Made by a program: the position numbers and the translations under genes. From positions 404,426,001-404,490,000 of the forward strand of contig OZ024740.1 in NCBI GenBank assembly GCA_964016885.1: a stretch of 64,000 bases of DNA, read 5' to 3'. Positions 16,871 through 30,668 of the stretch are shown piece by piece (within the stretch, counting starts at the first letter, position 1; each line of letters opens with the position of its first letter). Under the pieces are notes generated by a model, which had not been told where the DNA came from, made no database searches, and saw only the letters and a list, made by a program, of their open reading frames with translations. The stretch is from Eledone cirrhosa (Eukaryota).

Positions 16871-19128
16871 TGTTGGCCATGTTGAGGCCCAAATCTTTGC
16901 CCAGTACACTGGCCCCACGCCCGAACTGTACGGTCGTTACATTGACGACTGTATCGGAGCCACGACCCTCTCCCGAGTACAGCTCGACTCCTTTCTCTCC
17001 TTCTTCTGCTCCTTCCACCCCTCCCTCCACTTCACCACCTCTATCTCCACCACCACGTCCACTTCTTAGACATCTCCGTCGCCCTCGACCCCTCCCACCA
17101 CTCCCTCGTCACCTCCGCCTTCTTCAAACCACCGACTCCCACTCTTACCTCGACTTCATCTCTTCCCACCCCACCCACACTAAACACTCCATTCCCTACT
17201 CCCAACTCCTCAGGATCCGCCGCCTCTGTAGCCGAGATGCTGACTTCGAGTCCCAGGCCCTTTCCCTAGTCAGCCATTTCATCCGCAGAGGTTACCCCCC
17301 CTCTCTCGTCCACACCGCTCTCACCCACACCCGTGCTGTCCCCCGCTCCACCACCCTCACCCCACCGCACACCCACCCACCGTCTCCCTTCCCCCATCAC
17401 CTACCACCCCTCCACCGCACCATCCGCCACCTCCAGTCCGACCCCTCCACCTCCCACATCTTCCCAACCCCACAACTCCCCTCCTTCAAACGCGCACGCA
17501 ATCTCCGCACCCTCCTCGTCCACAGCTCCCTACCACCCAACCCACGCTCTGTTTCCCCCCCCGGTTCCTTTCCTGTTCTAGGCCCGCTGCAACACCTGTC
17601 CCCCACATCACTAACACCACCACCTTCCAGGGTCCCAACGGCCACTCTCTCTCTGTCCGGCATGCCTTCCGCTGCACCCCTCATCTGACCACCCTTCCCC
17701 AACTAACATACTAACATCCCTCCCCTCTTCTCCTCCTCCCCCCTCCTTATCACACGCACACACCCACCGGCACATATATACACGCACTCACACTAAACAC
17801 ACACCCTACTACCACCACTAACCCTCACCCCCACACCTCCATCCCACCACCCCGCAACTAACCTGACTAACACCCCCTAACACCAAGCACACGAACACAC
17901 GCACCCACTTACACCACCCACCCCACACGCAACTAACATCACTAACACCCCCCAACCCCACGCACACGTACCCACACACCCTCGTACACCACCAACTCTA
18001 CACACCCTATCACCACTAACCCCCACTCACACCTGCATTCAACCCCTCCCCACCTCCCGTATACTAACACCCACTAACACCTCTTCATCAAACTACACAC
18101 ACACACCAGTACACCACACTCCCTCCATAGAACCACACACACCCTTCTCTCCCCGCTCCACACTCACTCATCCCACCTCTACTAATACACACACACACCC
18201 TCCTCACTCCAACTTTCACACCTACCCATCCTCGCCCCTTTACCATTCCACCGACTGCTGCTATGCCCTCTGACCACCTCCCAACACAAACAGACACACA
18301 GCACTCCCACTGCTTGACCACTTCCTGTTGCGCGCGCACCCCACATCTCTCCTCTTCCGACCATCGCTTCATGGAATACCCACACTCAGAAATTGACCAA
18401 CAACGAATCCACTAAACATCTTCGGAATTTACCTACTTTTCAACCATCCTCTTATGTAATCACCTATATAACTCACCCACACACACACCCCAAAAAAAAT
18501 TTTTTCTCCACACACCACCTACAACACGCTTAAACCCCACACACACGTGCTTTCCACCACATATTTACACCCTCAGCCTCCTCTCCCCCCCACCCCTCTA
18601 TCCACACACGAAACAGACACTCGGATCCCGCCCCACACACACACCTCTTCCTGAACATGCAACCCCGTTCTTCCCCCAACCCTTACTTTCACATACACAC
18701 AAACACACATACACGCACACCTACACACACACACCACCTTCAGCCCTCCCCGCTCGGACACCCCGTCTCCCTCTCCCCACTCCACCCGCCACCACCCTTA
18801 CACACCCCACCACCCACCTGTTTTACCCCCCTTTTAATTTCAGTTTATTTTGATCATGCCTTTATATTTAAATTTATCTCATTCCTTGTATTTTGATCAT
18901 GCTTTATTTTTATTTTTATCTTTATTTTTTATTTTTTCATTCGCACCGTCTCCTTTCGCTATATGTCTCTCCACCACTCCCCTACACACCCTTTGAACTC
19001 TGTTCCCACACACTTCTCACCTGAGGAAGGGGCTTATGCCCGAAACGTCGTCCCCACCAACACCCCACTCTCCAGAGCGTGAAATTAATAAACATTCGTT
19101 GTACTGCCTCTCTGTTTTGTCCCTGTTC
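16871..19128 (+). mobile_element. Degenerate Penelope-like (Neptune-type) element: RT C-terminal half and C-rich 3' region
   Basis: [60 protein letters not shown]; HHR-like motif at 19021. Confidence 0.85.
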
Positions 19129-19328
19129 NNNNNNNNNNNNNNNNNNNNNNNNNNNNNNNNNNNNNNNNNNNNNNNNNNNNNNNNNNNNNNNNNNNNNNNN
19201 NNNNNNNNNNNNNNNNNNNNNNNNNNNNNNNNNNNNNNNNNNNNNNNNNNNNNNNNNNNNNNNNNNNNNNNNNNNNNNNNNNNNNNNNNNNNNNNNNNNN
19301 NNNNNNNNNNNNNNNNNNNNNNNNNNNN
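19129..19328. other. Assembly gap (200 N)
   Basis: Run of n. Confidence 1.
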
Positions 19329-19399
19329 AATATTTTCTCAAGGGTTCTTATATATTTGATATATGTTTATCCTTATCGAGCCCTCTTTGGTTCGACTAA

Positions 19400-19464
<65 letters not shown>

Positions 19465-19923
19465 TGACATATAAATATATCTAAAATAAACATATGAAAC
19501 AATCACAGGGGATAATTTGTAAAAGTGTGTAAGCACACAGAGTTATGTAGGTAACTAAATAAAGTTTAAGTAGAACTTCTAAAATAGATACCTTATAAAT
19601 TGATTAATCTTCCTTGTATATATTCCATTAAAGAAATATATTTCACCAATTAATCGATTGGTAAACGACAGTAGCTAGATCCTGGATTTTCAACAAGGAA
19701 GAGGACTAACTATCTGTGTTTACACATCAAATTCAAATCAGCGACTGGCCAGTAACACGTGCTGTATTTACTAAAAATACACACATCGTACCAGCTTCGT
19801 CCTAGTGGCGTGAATAGGGTTATCGACAACTAGAAATAGCAGTCCAGTCCTTTCAACTGAGTTAGCTCTACAATTAAGGGGACGTATTTATATATATATA
19901 TATATACACATACACACTATATG

Positions 19924-20528
<605 letters not shown>

Positions 20529-20547
20529 TTATTATTTTTTTTTTAAT

Positions 20548-21160
20548 GTAGAAACACTCGTTCAGTGCCCGAGGATTGCTGACTTGTGGAGCTATGTCGA
20601 ACAGCTGCTGTCGTGTGTAGGACGGATCCGGTTATCGACTGAGTCCATTGTGCAGATAGCCCCGTCATCCTCCTTTAAAGAGGAGGAAGGGCAGGCAGTT
20701 TTCATCTGCCTGGTGACCATGGCGAAAGAGATTGTGTGGTGGACAAGGTTGAAAGGGTTGAAGACGGACACTTTCCTCTACGGCCAATCCCTGATTAACT
20801 TTTTCAAGTTTCATTTGAAGAGGAAAATCAGAGTGGAGAGGCAAGTGCTGTCTTCTAGTAAGTTTATTGAAAGGTGGGTGAAAGTGGCGAGTCTGGTCCG
20901 AGTGAACGGGCCCGCTCTGAGTATGCGCCTGTAGACTGAGGAGTGGAAAAAGTGGTCTTTTGTGTGGTTTTCACTACGAGTGACCCTCGGAGGTTTCCCC
21001 CTTCTTGGGGAATTTTTTTTATTTCTAGCCCGATTTTGTTATAACCTGTTTACACGACCAAAACCCACTTTGTATCATCCTGTACTGTTCTGTGTCGTCT
21101 CTAATGTTTTTCTTCGTGTTAGCCCTTGTGGCCAATAAAGAAACCATTATTATTATTATT
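20548..21160 (+). mobile_element. Tx1/L1-clade LINE 3' fragment, same family as 44629-50530
   Basis: LVQCPRIADLW..GQAVFICLV..LINFFKFHLKRKIRVER matches the ORF2 C-terminus at ~49910-50284; AATAAA then (TTA)n. Confidence 0.9.
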
Positions 21161-21237
21161 TGGCTAATGCCTAGTGACTGAAATTTGGTAGACAGAAACC
21201 GTGCGGTAGGCCGTCGTGTATATACGATATGCCTAAC

Positions 21238-21432
21238 ATAATAATTGTTTCTACTTTTGGCACAAGGCCAGCAATTATCCCAGTGTGTTACTGGTACTTT
21301 ATTTTATCGAGCCCGTAAGGATGAAAGGCAAAGTTAACCTCGGCGGGATTTGAACTCAGACCATAAAGGGCCGTAACTCTTTGCTACAAAGCATGGCGTC
21401 CAACCCTCTACCGATACTGCCAACCACCGCCC
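21238..21432 (-). mobile_element. tRNA-derived SINE (representative). Other copies: ~25667, 25872, 26237, 28124, 33070, 33455, 38228 (+); ~32495, 33725, 36800, 61147 (-)
   Basis: B box GAGTTCAAATCC, central GCCTTTCATCCTT.CGGGGTCGATAAAATAAAGTACCAG, tail GGCCTTGTGCCAAAAGTAGAAACAATTATT. Confidence 0.9.
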
Positions 21433-21829
21433 ATGTTCGATCCTATCTTGAATAGGTATCATTTTTCCTATCCTCGATGCGATCCATGCCCAATGGGGGT
21501 AACTAGGTAGATGGAAAGTGTTTGGAAGACTGTGGCATGGTCTTTACATTTAATTCAAAGGGAGAGCCTAATCACACAGTCGACCTCTAAAATTCCAAAC
21601 GGGGAGTACCATGAAAAAAAGTATGAAAGGTTAAATTGACCTCGGCAGAGTGCAGACAGACAAAACCAATGCCATAAGACATTCTAACCGACGTTCAAAC
21701 AATTCTGCTAATTAGCTGCTTTCTATATATACTTACAAAGAAGCAACGTTGAATTAATTAATTATCTTATTGATCAAATTTAATTGTCTTGTTTAAAGGG
21801 TTTCAGTAAGGATACTATTATGTCAATAT

Positions 21830-22144
21830 CAGATCTGCCAACCTCTAAAATCCCAAACGGGGAGTACCATGAAAAACAGTGATCCAAAACGGAGGGAATT
21901 GAGGCAAAATGGGGAGATTTTATATAATGAAAGTTATACCCATTTTCACATGAGAAGACATCTCTCATCCACCCCAAAATGGGTGGGAGATCTTCCCGTC
22001 GGACGGGGAGTGGTGGGAGATCTCCCCGTCGGACGGGGTGAGGTATGAGATCTCCCCATCGGACGGGGTGAGGTAGGAGATCTCCCCGTCGGACGGGGTG
22101 AGGTAGGAGATCTCCCCGTCGGACGGGGAGAGTTGACAGTTCTG
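21830..22144. mobile_element. MITE with imperfect TIRs and five internal 30-bp tandem hairpin units; shorter relative at 27273-27441
   Basis: Ends CAGATCTGCCAAC / GTTGACAGTTCTG; unit GGAGATCTCCCCGTCGGACGGGGTGAGGTA. Confidence 0.65.
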
Positions 22145-22792
22145 ACACTGTGTCACACTGGAATATCCTTGAGAATTACGTTAAGGGAACACGTATCTAG
22201 GGAATGATCAGCTACTTACACATTAATTTTATGAGAAAGTTATTCTGTTAATCGAATAAATAGAACATTCATCGTAGAGACCGATGGAGGTTCATACCAT
22301 TCTCTCAATCTCTAGTATTAAGGATTTAGTCAGTACTATTTCTAAAATTCAATATATATACTACCAAGAAATTTTTAGTAATGTTAATTCTTTATTTTCA
22401 ATGATATTTTAAGTAGTTATACGTAAAGACAATTTGTTTTACTTCATATTTTTACTTTCATTAGATTTAAATATGATTATATTACTTTCAAATTCTTTGA
22501 AACTGTAATTAGTTTTACAATGCAGAACTATTTATTTATTAGATTTATTTAAAAACCTTTCATCATAATTTCATGTAAGAACAGTTATGTTATTAAATCT
22601 TTTCGAATTCTTGATTATTTTCGAAATTATTAAAAAAAGCATAGACATTGTCTTTCATTAAAATTACGGCAACGAAAGGTTTAAACTATAAACAAAATTA
22701 TGCAGTTTCAAAGAGATTTTGCACGTCAGATACCTGGGGTGCCTAATCTATATTCTGAACGTTTGATTGAACTCAAATTAGTCTCTTAGATG

Positions 22793-23102
22793 TTAAGATT
22801 CCAACGATGAAGCGTTTTCAGCATGCTTCCATTTCATTTGCAAAACATCAGATACATGTTGCCTCATTGTCCCAGTGGACGAATACGAAGGATAAAGCGG
22901 GAAAGGCACCGAAAGAGCCAGTCTATCTTTTTGCAGATTATAGTAAATAGGGGGCTGTTCGGGTACCGAGGAAGCCAAATGTCTTTTAAATTGTGATATA
23001 TCATCAGATAGAAATTCCAGTTGCTTTTGGCGGACCTGTGTATGTTTGCTGCATCTAATGACAGCGAAAAGTGTATTTAGTGAAACTGGCAGTATAGATT
23101 TT
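22793..23102 (-). CDS. Candidate terminal coding exon of an unknown minus-strand gene
   Basis: Acceptor ATTTATATTCAG with TGACTAA upstream, then 102 open codons (KSILPVSLNTLFAVIRC..NASSLES*); no homology recognised. Confidence 0.3.
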
Positions 23103-23304
23103 CTGAATATAAATTGTTTTAGTCATTGTTTAAGCTAGTAGTCTAAGATGAATGGTTTTGCATCTAAAACTACCGTTGAAATTATTTACTATATAATTTC
23201 AGATCATTCTATTTTGAGATAGGATTAATATTTTAATAATTCAAAATTAATGTATTTTTGTTTATTTATGTAAATAATTCACACACACATATATATATAT
23301 ATGA

Positions 23305-23484
<180 letters not shown>

Positions 23485-23630
23485 ATAAATAGGGAGACAC
23501 AAAGCGAATTTGAAAATTAGGTAGTAACATGTGCTTACGCCATATTTGACTAAATAAAATAGTCTGTTAGTTGGGATTTTTAAAAAACCCTCTGAATGGA
23601 AAAAAAGATGAGTATATCTATTTATATATA

Positions 23631-23691
<61 letters not shown>

Positions 23692-23821
23692 TAAATATAA
23701 AAGAAAAACGAACACGTTTTTCTTTTATATTCAATTATAATATATAGCTCGGAAAAATCTCTTTCCTAGAGCTATTTTATTGTAAGAGACTATTTTGAGT
23801 TTCTAACTCAATATATACCTT

Positions 23822-23943
<122 letters not shown>

Positions 23944-24037
23944 ACTATGAATAATTGTTGAGAAAATCGAGTAAAGTTCCTCTGGATAGAGAAAAAAGTT
24001 TTTAAAATGTTCCAGTGTTTCTGACATCAACCAATTG

Positions 24038-24081
<44 letters not shown>

Positions 24082-24106
24082 TTATTTATTTAGGTTTTAT
24101 AATATA

Positions 24107-25402
24107 CTAGCAGAAGTGCCCGGCGTTGCTCGGGGCTGAGGAACTGATGTATAATGAATATTCCATCTCGTTTGGTTTGCAGGCCTGATGTGTCATGGTC
24201 TCTGTTAACTACGGTATATATAATCTGGTTGCAGCTAGAAAAATAGACATACCGCAGCAGGGTTTATACCTACATAGGTGATCCCCTGTCTATTTGACTT
24301 TCGCCTGACCTAACTGAGGTCGTAGGTGAAAGGGATAGGATCAATCACTTTTTGACAGGACAAAGAAAACGTTTGTTGGTGCCTGTTTATGTCGTGGTTT
24401 TGGGTTCAATCCCTAATTTTTTTATTCCTTACTGAAAGTACTTAATGAACCTGTGAACGTCCCTAGCAGTTAAGAATGAGAAATTGAATTGTTTCTGGCG
24501 CGATTGTACTCTCGTCATTGTTAACGAAAACTACATTGAAACACGCACACACACACGTGTGTATTGACGGTAATACACACACACACACATGCTAACGGCG
24601 ACATAACATTTACCGGTTATATAAACTTTTCATGCTATATAATATCGTACTGACTACATAGCCTTTTACCTGCTACATAGCTTTACCGGCTACATAATGA
24701 ATACCGGCTACGCAATTGATCTTGTTTAAGGAAGTCTGCGAATAGTGTTTAAAACAATTATTTGTTAACTCACATGATGTGAAAATGAAAATAATTATGT
24801 CGTTTGATTTTACGATTGAAAGAAAATAATTGTCGCAAATTAGAATTTTTATTTGTTAATGAAGTGTGTGTGTATGTGTGGTTAGAAATCCGGCACGTGG
24901 TTAAATTGATTTAAAGTTTAATTATTCATTTGATGTGAGTGTGTGTTTGTATGTGTTTGCAAATAAATAAATCAGTTTGAAGACTCACATTTAGAATAAA
25001 CGAAATTGCACGTTAATGTGGCTAATGTTTTTGTTGTTTAGTCTGTAAAGTGTATGAGTGAGAGAGTAAAACGGACAGTATCACCATCAACGTGAACAAT
25101 GTAAAATGAAAAGAATAGTTGTTTCAGCTTGGAAAGAGAAAGTAGCAGAAAGTATGAAGTTGTATAGATTTTGAAGGGTAATGGAAAGAGTTTAGCAGTT
25201 TAAATGAGAGAGGAATATCGTAAAATATTGAGTTTTATCGATTTTTTGCGTAATTGTGGAGGAAATTGAAAAAATTATATGTGCCAAGACCCAATCGAAG
25301 CTATTTCGAATACTGAATTGTAAATTTCAATTGAAGAAATTCTATATCGTAGATTTCTATAACAAAGAAACATGACCATACACTGAGCTTTATAGATTAT
25401 GA
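24107..25402 (-). mobile_element. Non-autonomous Helitron-like element
   Basis: A|CTAG then CAGAAGTG CCCGGCGTTGCTCGGG (same 3' hairpin as 20501, opposite strand); candidate 5' TC end at ~25396-25402. Confidence 0.6.
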
Positions 25403-25433
25403 TATATATATATATTCTTTTTTATATTTTCAG

Positions 25434-25629
25434 ACTCTAAGTAGAATAAGTCTGAAAAAGACACGATTAGCAAATTTATCGTCAGAACAAGGCATGTCTT
25501 CAAAGAAAGTTGGAGAAACAGAGAGTGAAGGTGGTTCTGATCACTTGAAAGAAATTACATCGGAGAGCGATGCACTTGGTTTGGATATTTTCGATGACGC
25601 ATTGTGGGATACTGACTTAAACTCTGAAA
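25434..25629 (+). CDS. LRRC74A: LRRC74A/B-like LRR protein, exon 1 in window (possible ATG at 25494)
   Basis: tttcag|ACT..GAAA|gtaag; MSSKKVGETESE..FDDALWDTDLNSE, acidic segment with DTDL motif; ends phase 1. A versus B paralog cannot be resolved. Confidence 0.75.
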
Positions 25630-26637
25630 GTAAGGCTATGTTCATTCCTATTATTTAAGCCTTTTGGGTGGTAGATTGGCAGTATCGGTAGAGATTCGGA
25701 CACCATGCTTTACAGCTTAGAGTTACGGTCCTTTACGGTCTGAGTTCAAATCCTGCCGAGGTTAACTTTGCCTTTCATCCTTTCGGGGTCGATAAAATAA
25801 AGTACCAGTAATGCACTGGGATAATTTCTGGTCTTGTGCCAAAAGTAGAAACAATTATTTAACCCTTTTGTGTGGTAGATTGGCAATGTCGGTAGAACGT
25901 CGGACAAATGCTTTAAGGTATTTAGTTACGAATTTTTACGTTCTGGGTTACATCTAACCAAGGTCTGCTTCACCTTTGATCCTTCCGAGGTCGATAAAAT
26001 AAAGTACCAGTTAAATATGAGAGATGATATAATCAAATTTCCCTTTCCCCAAAATTGCTGGCGTTGTACTAATGCTGGAAATAGAGAATTATTTAACTCT
26101 TTTGATACAAATCCACCTGAAACAGCCTCTGGTTCTACAATGCTAAACTGTTTTAAAAGTGCTTTATATTTATCTAAAAACCTCCTATTATAGTTTTATG
26201 TAAAACCTTTTCTTATTTCCTCCAAACCAGAGGAAATTGGATTGGCAGTATCGGTAGAGGGTCGGACGCCATGCTTTGCAGCAAAGAGTTACCGCCCTTT
26301 ATGGTCTGAGTTCAAATCCCGCCGAGGTTAACTTTGCCTTTCATCCTTACGGGGTCGATAAAGTAAAGTACCAGTAATACACTAAGATAATTGCTGGCCT
26401 TGTGCCAAAAGTAGAAACAATTATATTAGTAAATTCCTCCAAATCCTTGATTTTCAAAATTAACTAAATATCACAGGCAGTATTTTCATTGAAAATATGG
26501 TAACAAACGTTTTAAAAACTGTAGTTCTAAATATTTTATATAGGTTTCGAATACAACCATGATTATATTAAAATGCAGTTTTAGGAATTAAAACAAAGCA
26601 ATATTTGATTCGGAGTAATTATCTCTCGATGATTTTC

Positions 26638-26890
26638 TTAACGTTTTCCATATTCCTAGTAGATCCTCCGTCGGTCTCGGCGATGAGCATTTAATTGTTC
26701 AATCAATTGTATTACTACTCGTGAAATTAGCGAGTAAACAGCTGAGTATTTCATAGATACGTGGACCCTTAACGCAATTCTGAGGCCGAATCAGCGCGAT
26801 AAAATGTGTCAAGGATGAACTTTTGAATGATAGATGAAATTCCAGCGTCCTCTGTTGTGGTGTGTAATTGAGTGCGCATGTCTTCAACTT
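26638..26890 (-). mobile_element. Second SINE family (degenerate); relatives at ~22146-22300 (+) and ~31040-31270 (+)
   Basis: Shared block (G)AA.TACGTTAAGGG.ACACGT..GGAATG.TCAGC.ACTT among copies. Confidence 0.5.
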
Positions 26891-28803
26891 TTTTTCCTAT
26901 TTTTGTTTTCTTTTTGTTTTCTTTTTTTTTTCTTTTCTCTGATTCCTTTCTTATTGTAAATTTTAATCTTTTGATAATTTATGTGAATAAAAGTTTGCTT
27001 ACGATTTAGAGAGAAAAAGAAGAATTGACTCAGTATTTGACTGATACTTTATCAGCCCCGAAAGTATGAAAGGTTAAATTGACCTCGGCAGAGTGCAGAC
27101 AGACAAAACCAATGCCATAAGACATTCTATCCGACGTTCAAATAATTCTGCTAATTAGCTGCTTTCTATATATACTTAAAAAGAAGCAACGTTGAAATAA
27201 TTAATTATCTTATTGATCAAATTTAATTGTCTTGTTTAAAGGGTTTCAGTAAGGATACTATTATGTCAATATCAGATCTGCCAACCTCTAAAAACCCAAA
27301 CGGGGAGTACCATGAAAAAAGGTGATCCAAAACGGAGGGAATTGAGGCAAAATGGGGAGATTTTACATAATGAAAGCTATACCCGTTTTAACAAAGTGGC
27401 TGGGAGATCTCCCCACCGGACGGGTAGAATTGACAGGTCTGCAGTATAAATCTACTTGTTTTCATGCACTGATGCTGCCAATTAACTTTCCCTAGAATAC
27501 CAACTACAGACAAAGAATCAATATATAATGCAATTCAATTCAAGTTGCTTTTGTACACAGATACTACAAGGAAACGTAAATTGCAGCCAGGCTGCAGGAA
27601 CAACAGAATAAGAGTAACATCAATTAGTGTCTAGAAAATTACGTTAATCAACCATAATAATACGCCACCTGTGTTTGTATATTTATTTATATCTCTGTCT
27701 GTAACACTTTACAATTTACACGCACAAACATACATACAATACATTTCCTATATTAGTCTTGTTACTGCAATAAGAAGTTTGCTTCCCAATCACAAGGTCC
27801 TGGGCTCTAACTCAGCATTTGTCCCTATAAATAGTTATTTCTCCAAAGGTATATATTTAATATTGTATGTCATTTTTACATTCTATGCTGAACATTTATA
27901 TAATTGTATCCTAGAAATTGTATTAAAATATCATTCTATCACTTCCACGGGTCAATAATCAACACAAACTTTAGGGTTTCTCTTATACAAACCATTAATT
28001 TATCAAAACGTAAATTTCACATTTTGTATTATTGTACATATATCTGGTAATCCTGGTATATATGACATACCAACCCAGGACTCTCAAAGTTAAATACGTG
28101 CAACGTTATTGCTGTCATTATAAAGTGGTAGATTGACAAAATCGGTAGCACGTCGGACAATATGCTTTGTGGCATATAGTTACGTTCCTTTACGTTCCGA
28201 ATTCTAATCCCGCCAAAGTTAGCTTTGCCTTCCATCCTTACTGGGTCGATAAAACAAAGCACCAGTAATGCACTGGAGTCAATTTAATCGACTTCCCCTC
28301 CTCCGAAATTATTGGCCTTGTGTCTAAAACAGAAACCATTATTTATGGCACTTGTCCACTGGTGTATATTAACACTGAATTGGCAAAATACGGATAAAGT
28401 GTCTTGCGTTGTTGAGCTCTTTACATTCAGATATTTACTGTTCAGAGGTTGACTTGCCTTTCATAATTTTAGGATCTATAAAATAAAGAACTAGATGATG
28501 TGAGTATACCCTCTTCTTTCAGACAAAACCGTAAAAAACGATTCTGGTTATCGAACCATTTATAAAATGTATAAAAATTCAGTTTTAAAATAATATTAAT
28601 TTTCACTAATTTTTGTTGTCGGGTTGGCGTGACCGAACAGTAATTGATGTGTGTAAAGTGCTAATTAGCTGGAACTTAATGTAAAAGAGACAGTCTTGAT
28701 ACAGATTAATTTTGAAACTATGTTTTAGAAAGTAATTAATAATTCATTGATTTAGATATATTTATTTATATTACAAAAATAACCATGACTTTATTTATTT
28801 TAG

Positions 28804-28973
28804 TTAAGCCACCTTATGACCATACGGGACGTTCAGCATATGTTAATCGCTGTAAGAAACTCGGTACGACACCAATTAGCTATTTCTTGCGTCACATGGA
28901 AGATAACAAACTGGATTTACGTTACCATGGATTAGGTGGTAAAGGAACTAGAGCTGTCACTCCAACACTTGCA
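28804..28973 (+). CDS. LRRC74A: LRRC74A/B-like exon 2
   Basis: ttag|TT..GCA|gtaag, phase 1->0; YVNRCKKLGTTPISYFLRHM..LDLRYHGLGGKGTRAV resembles the LRRC74 N-terminal cap. Confidence 0.9.
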
Positions 28974-29063
28974 GTAAGAACTTCTTAAGTACTTCAGCAA
29001 CCTGTCACAACTGTACTGTATAATCGTCGACTTTTTTTCTGTAATTAAAAATATCTTTTTGAT

Positions 29064-29144
<81 letters not shown>

Positions 29145-29146
<2 letters not shown>

Positions 29147-29326
29147 CGAAGGAAATGTGGTAAGGAACCAGGTGGACCATAACGCACCAAAGTACTCAAT
29201 ACTTGAGGTAGTAGAGTGGGTAATAGGAACCAGTAAGACCCCGACAGCTGAGCTCAAGCCGTTTCGACGGCTAATTGAATTAGCCGTCGAAACGGCTTGA
29301 GCTCAGCTGTCGGGGTCTTACTGGTT

Positions 29327-29331
<5 letters not shown>
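29145..29331 (-). mobile_element. Fold-back PLE-like terminal remnant in (TA)n; second copy at 56993-57186
   Basis: Perfect 54-bp arms 29223-29276 / 29278-29331. Confidence 0.65.
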
Positions 29332-29382
<51 letters not shown>

Positions 29383-29400
29383 TTTTGTACCTCCTTGAAC

Positions 29401-29457
<57 letters not shown>

Positions 29458-29587
29458 ATTATTCAAAATATTAACAAATGAAAGATATTCACATAATCAA
29501 AATATATGCTTTATTATATATATTTCAATACTGGAATTGAACAATCAAGACCGTAGCGGTATGTCAGTCATATATCAAATCATATAT

Positions 29588-29648
29588 TTTATCTGATGAA
29601 GACGTACTGAAAAAAAAAACACAGTACCTTTGAAATATATATAATAAA
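29588..29648 (+). ncRNA. Minimal type I hammerhead-like motif
   Basis: UUUAU-CUGAUGA-stem II (GUACUG/CAGUAC)-GAAA-UAUAU-AUA|AUAAA. Confidence 0.5.
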
Positions 29649-30444
29649 GCATATATTTTGATTATGTGAATATCTTTCATTTATTAATATTTTGAATAAT
29701 ATTAAAAACTCCAGGAAAACATTTTACTGTTGAGTGCTTTTAATCTATTGTAAAATTGTATTCATTGAGTAATCAACGAACCATATTAATCTTTGGTTAT
29801 ATATATAATGATACTATTTATAGTTATGTATACACTATATACAACTATAAAAAGGAAGGGTCAGTAATTTATTACTACCTTATTACCAGTAAGAAATAGC
29901 TCAATTCTCAACACATACACATTTGAACATTACAGAAACAATCATCGCATTACATCCACCATAAACTCGTAATTTTAATACACCTTGATATGCTTGTAAA
30001 CCTATGTTATTTTATCTGATAATTTTGAAATGCAGTAATTATATATGCCTAGTACCATTGCCTGTCTCCTTCCTATATATACCTAACGCATTTGCACTCT
30101 CTACTACTGCTGGTGTCCTCGTTTTACGAGTAACCTTTCTCCTTAATGCCTCTTTAGTTATTATACTATTCCCTCGTGATATCTGTCGCATGTATTCCAC
30201 TCTGTGCTTTTTAATTTTAATTATTGTACAATTCTCTTGTAATATATGTCGCATCCATTCCACTCTGTAAATACGAAACTGTTGTTGACAGCATTAATAT
30301 CCATGTATCTACATGATTGTTCAGTTGAATAGGAGGTTAACTATATGTACAAACATTGCTAGTGCTCCGATGACTTCAAACGAAAGTTTGGAAGAAACGA
30401 TTGTCAGCAATAAAATGATTACACAACATATTGTGTAATTTATA

Positions 30445-30539
<95 letters not shown>

Positions 30540-30599
30540 TATATATATATATATATATATAAACTTTTTGTACCTCCTTGAACTAAACTATATGTATGT

Positions 30600-30668
<69 letters not shown>

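Noticed and set aside
21982-22130. 30-bp palindromic repeats resembling CRISPR
   Set aside because: No unique spacers, no cas genes, eukaryotic MITE interior
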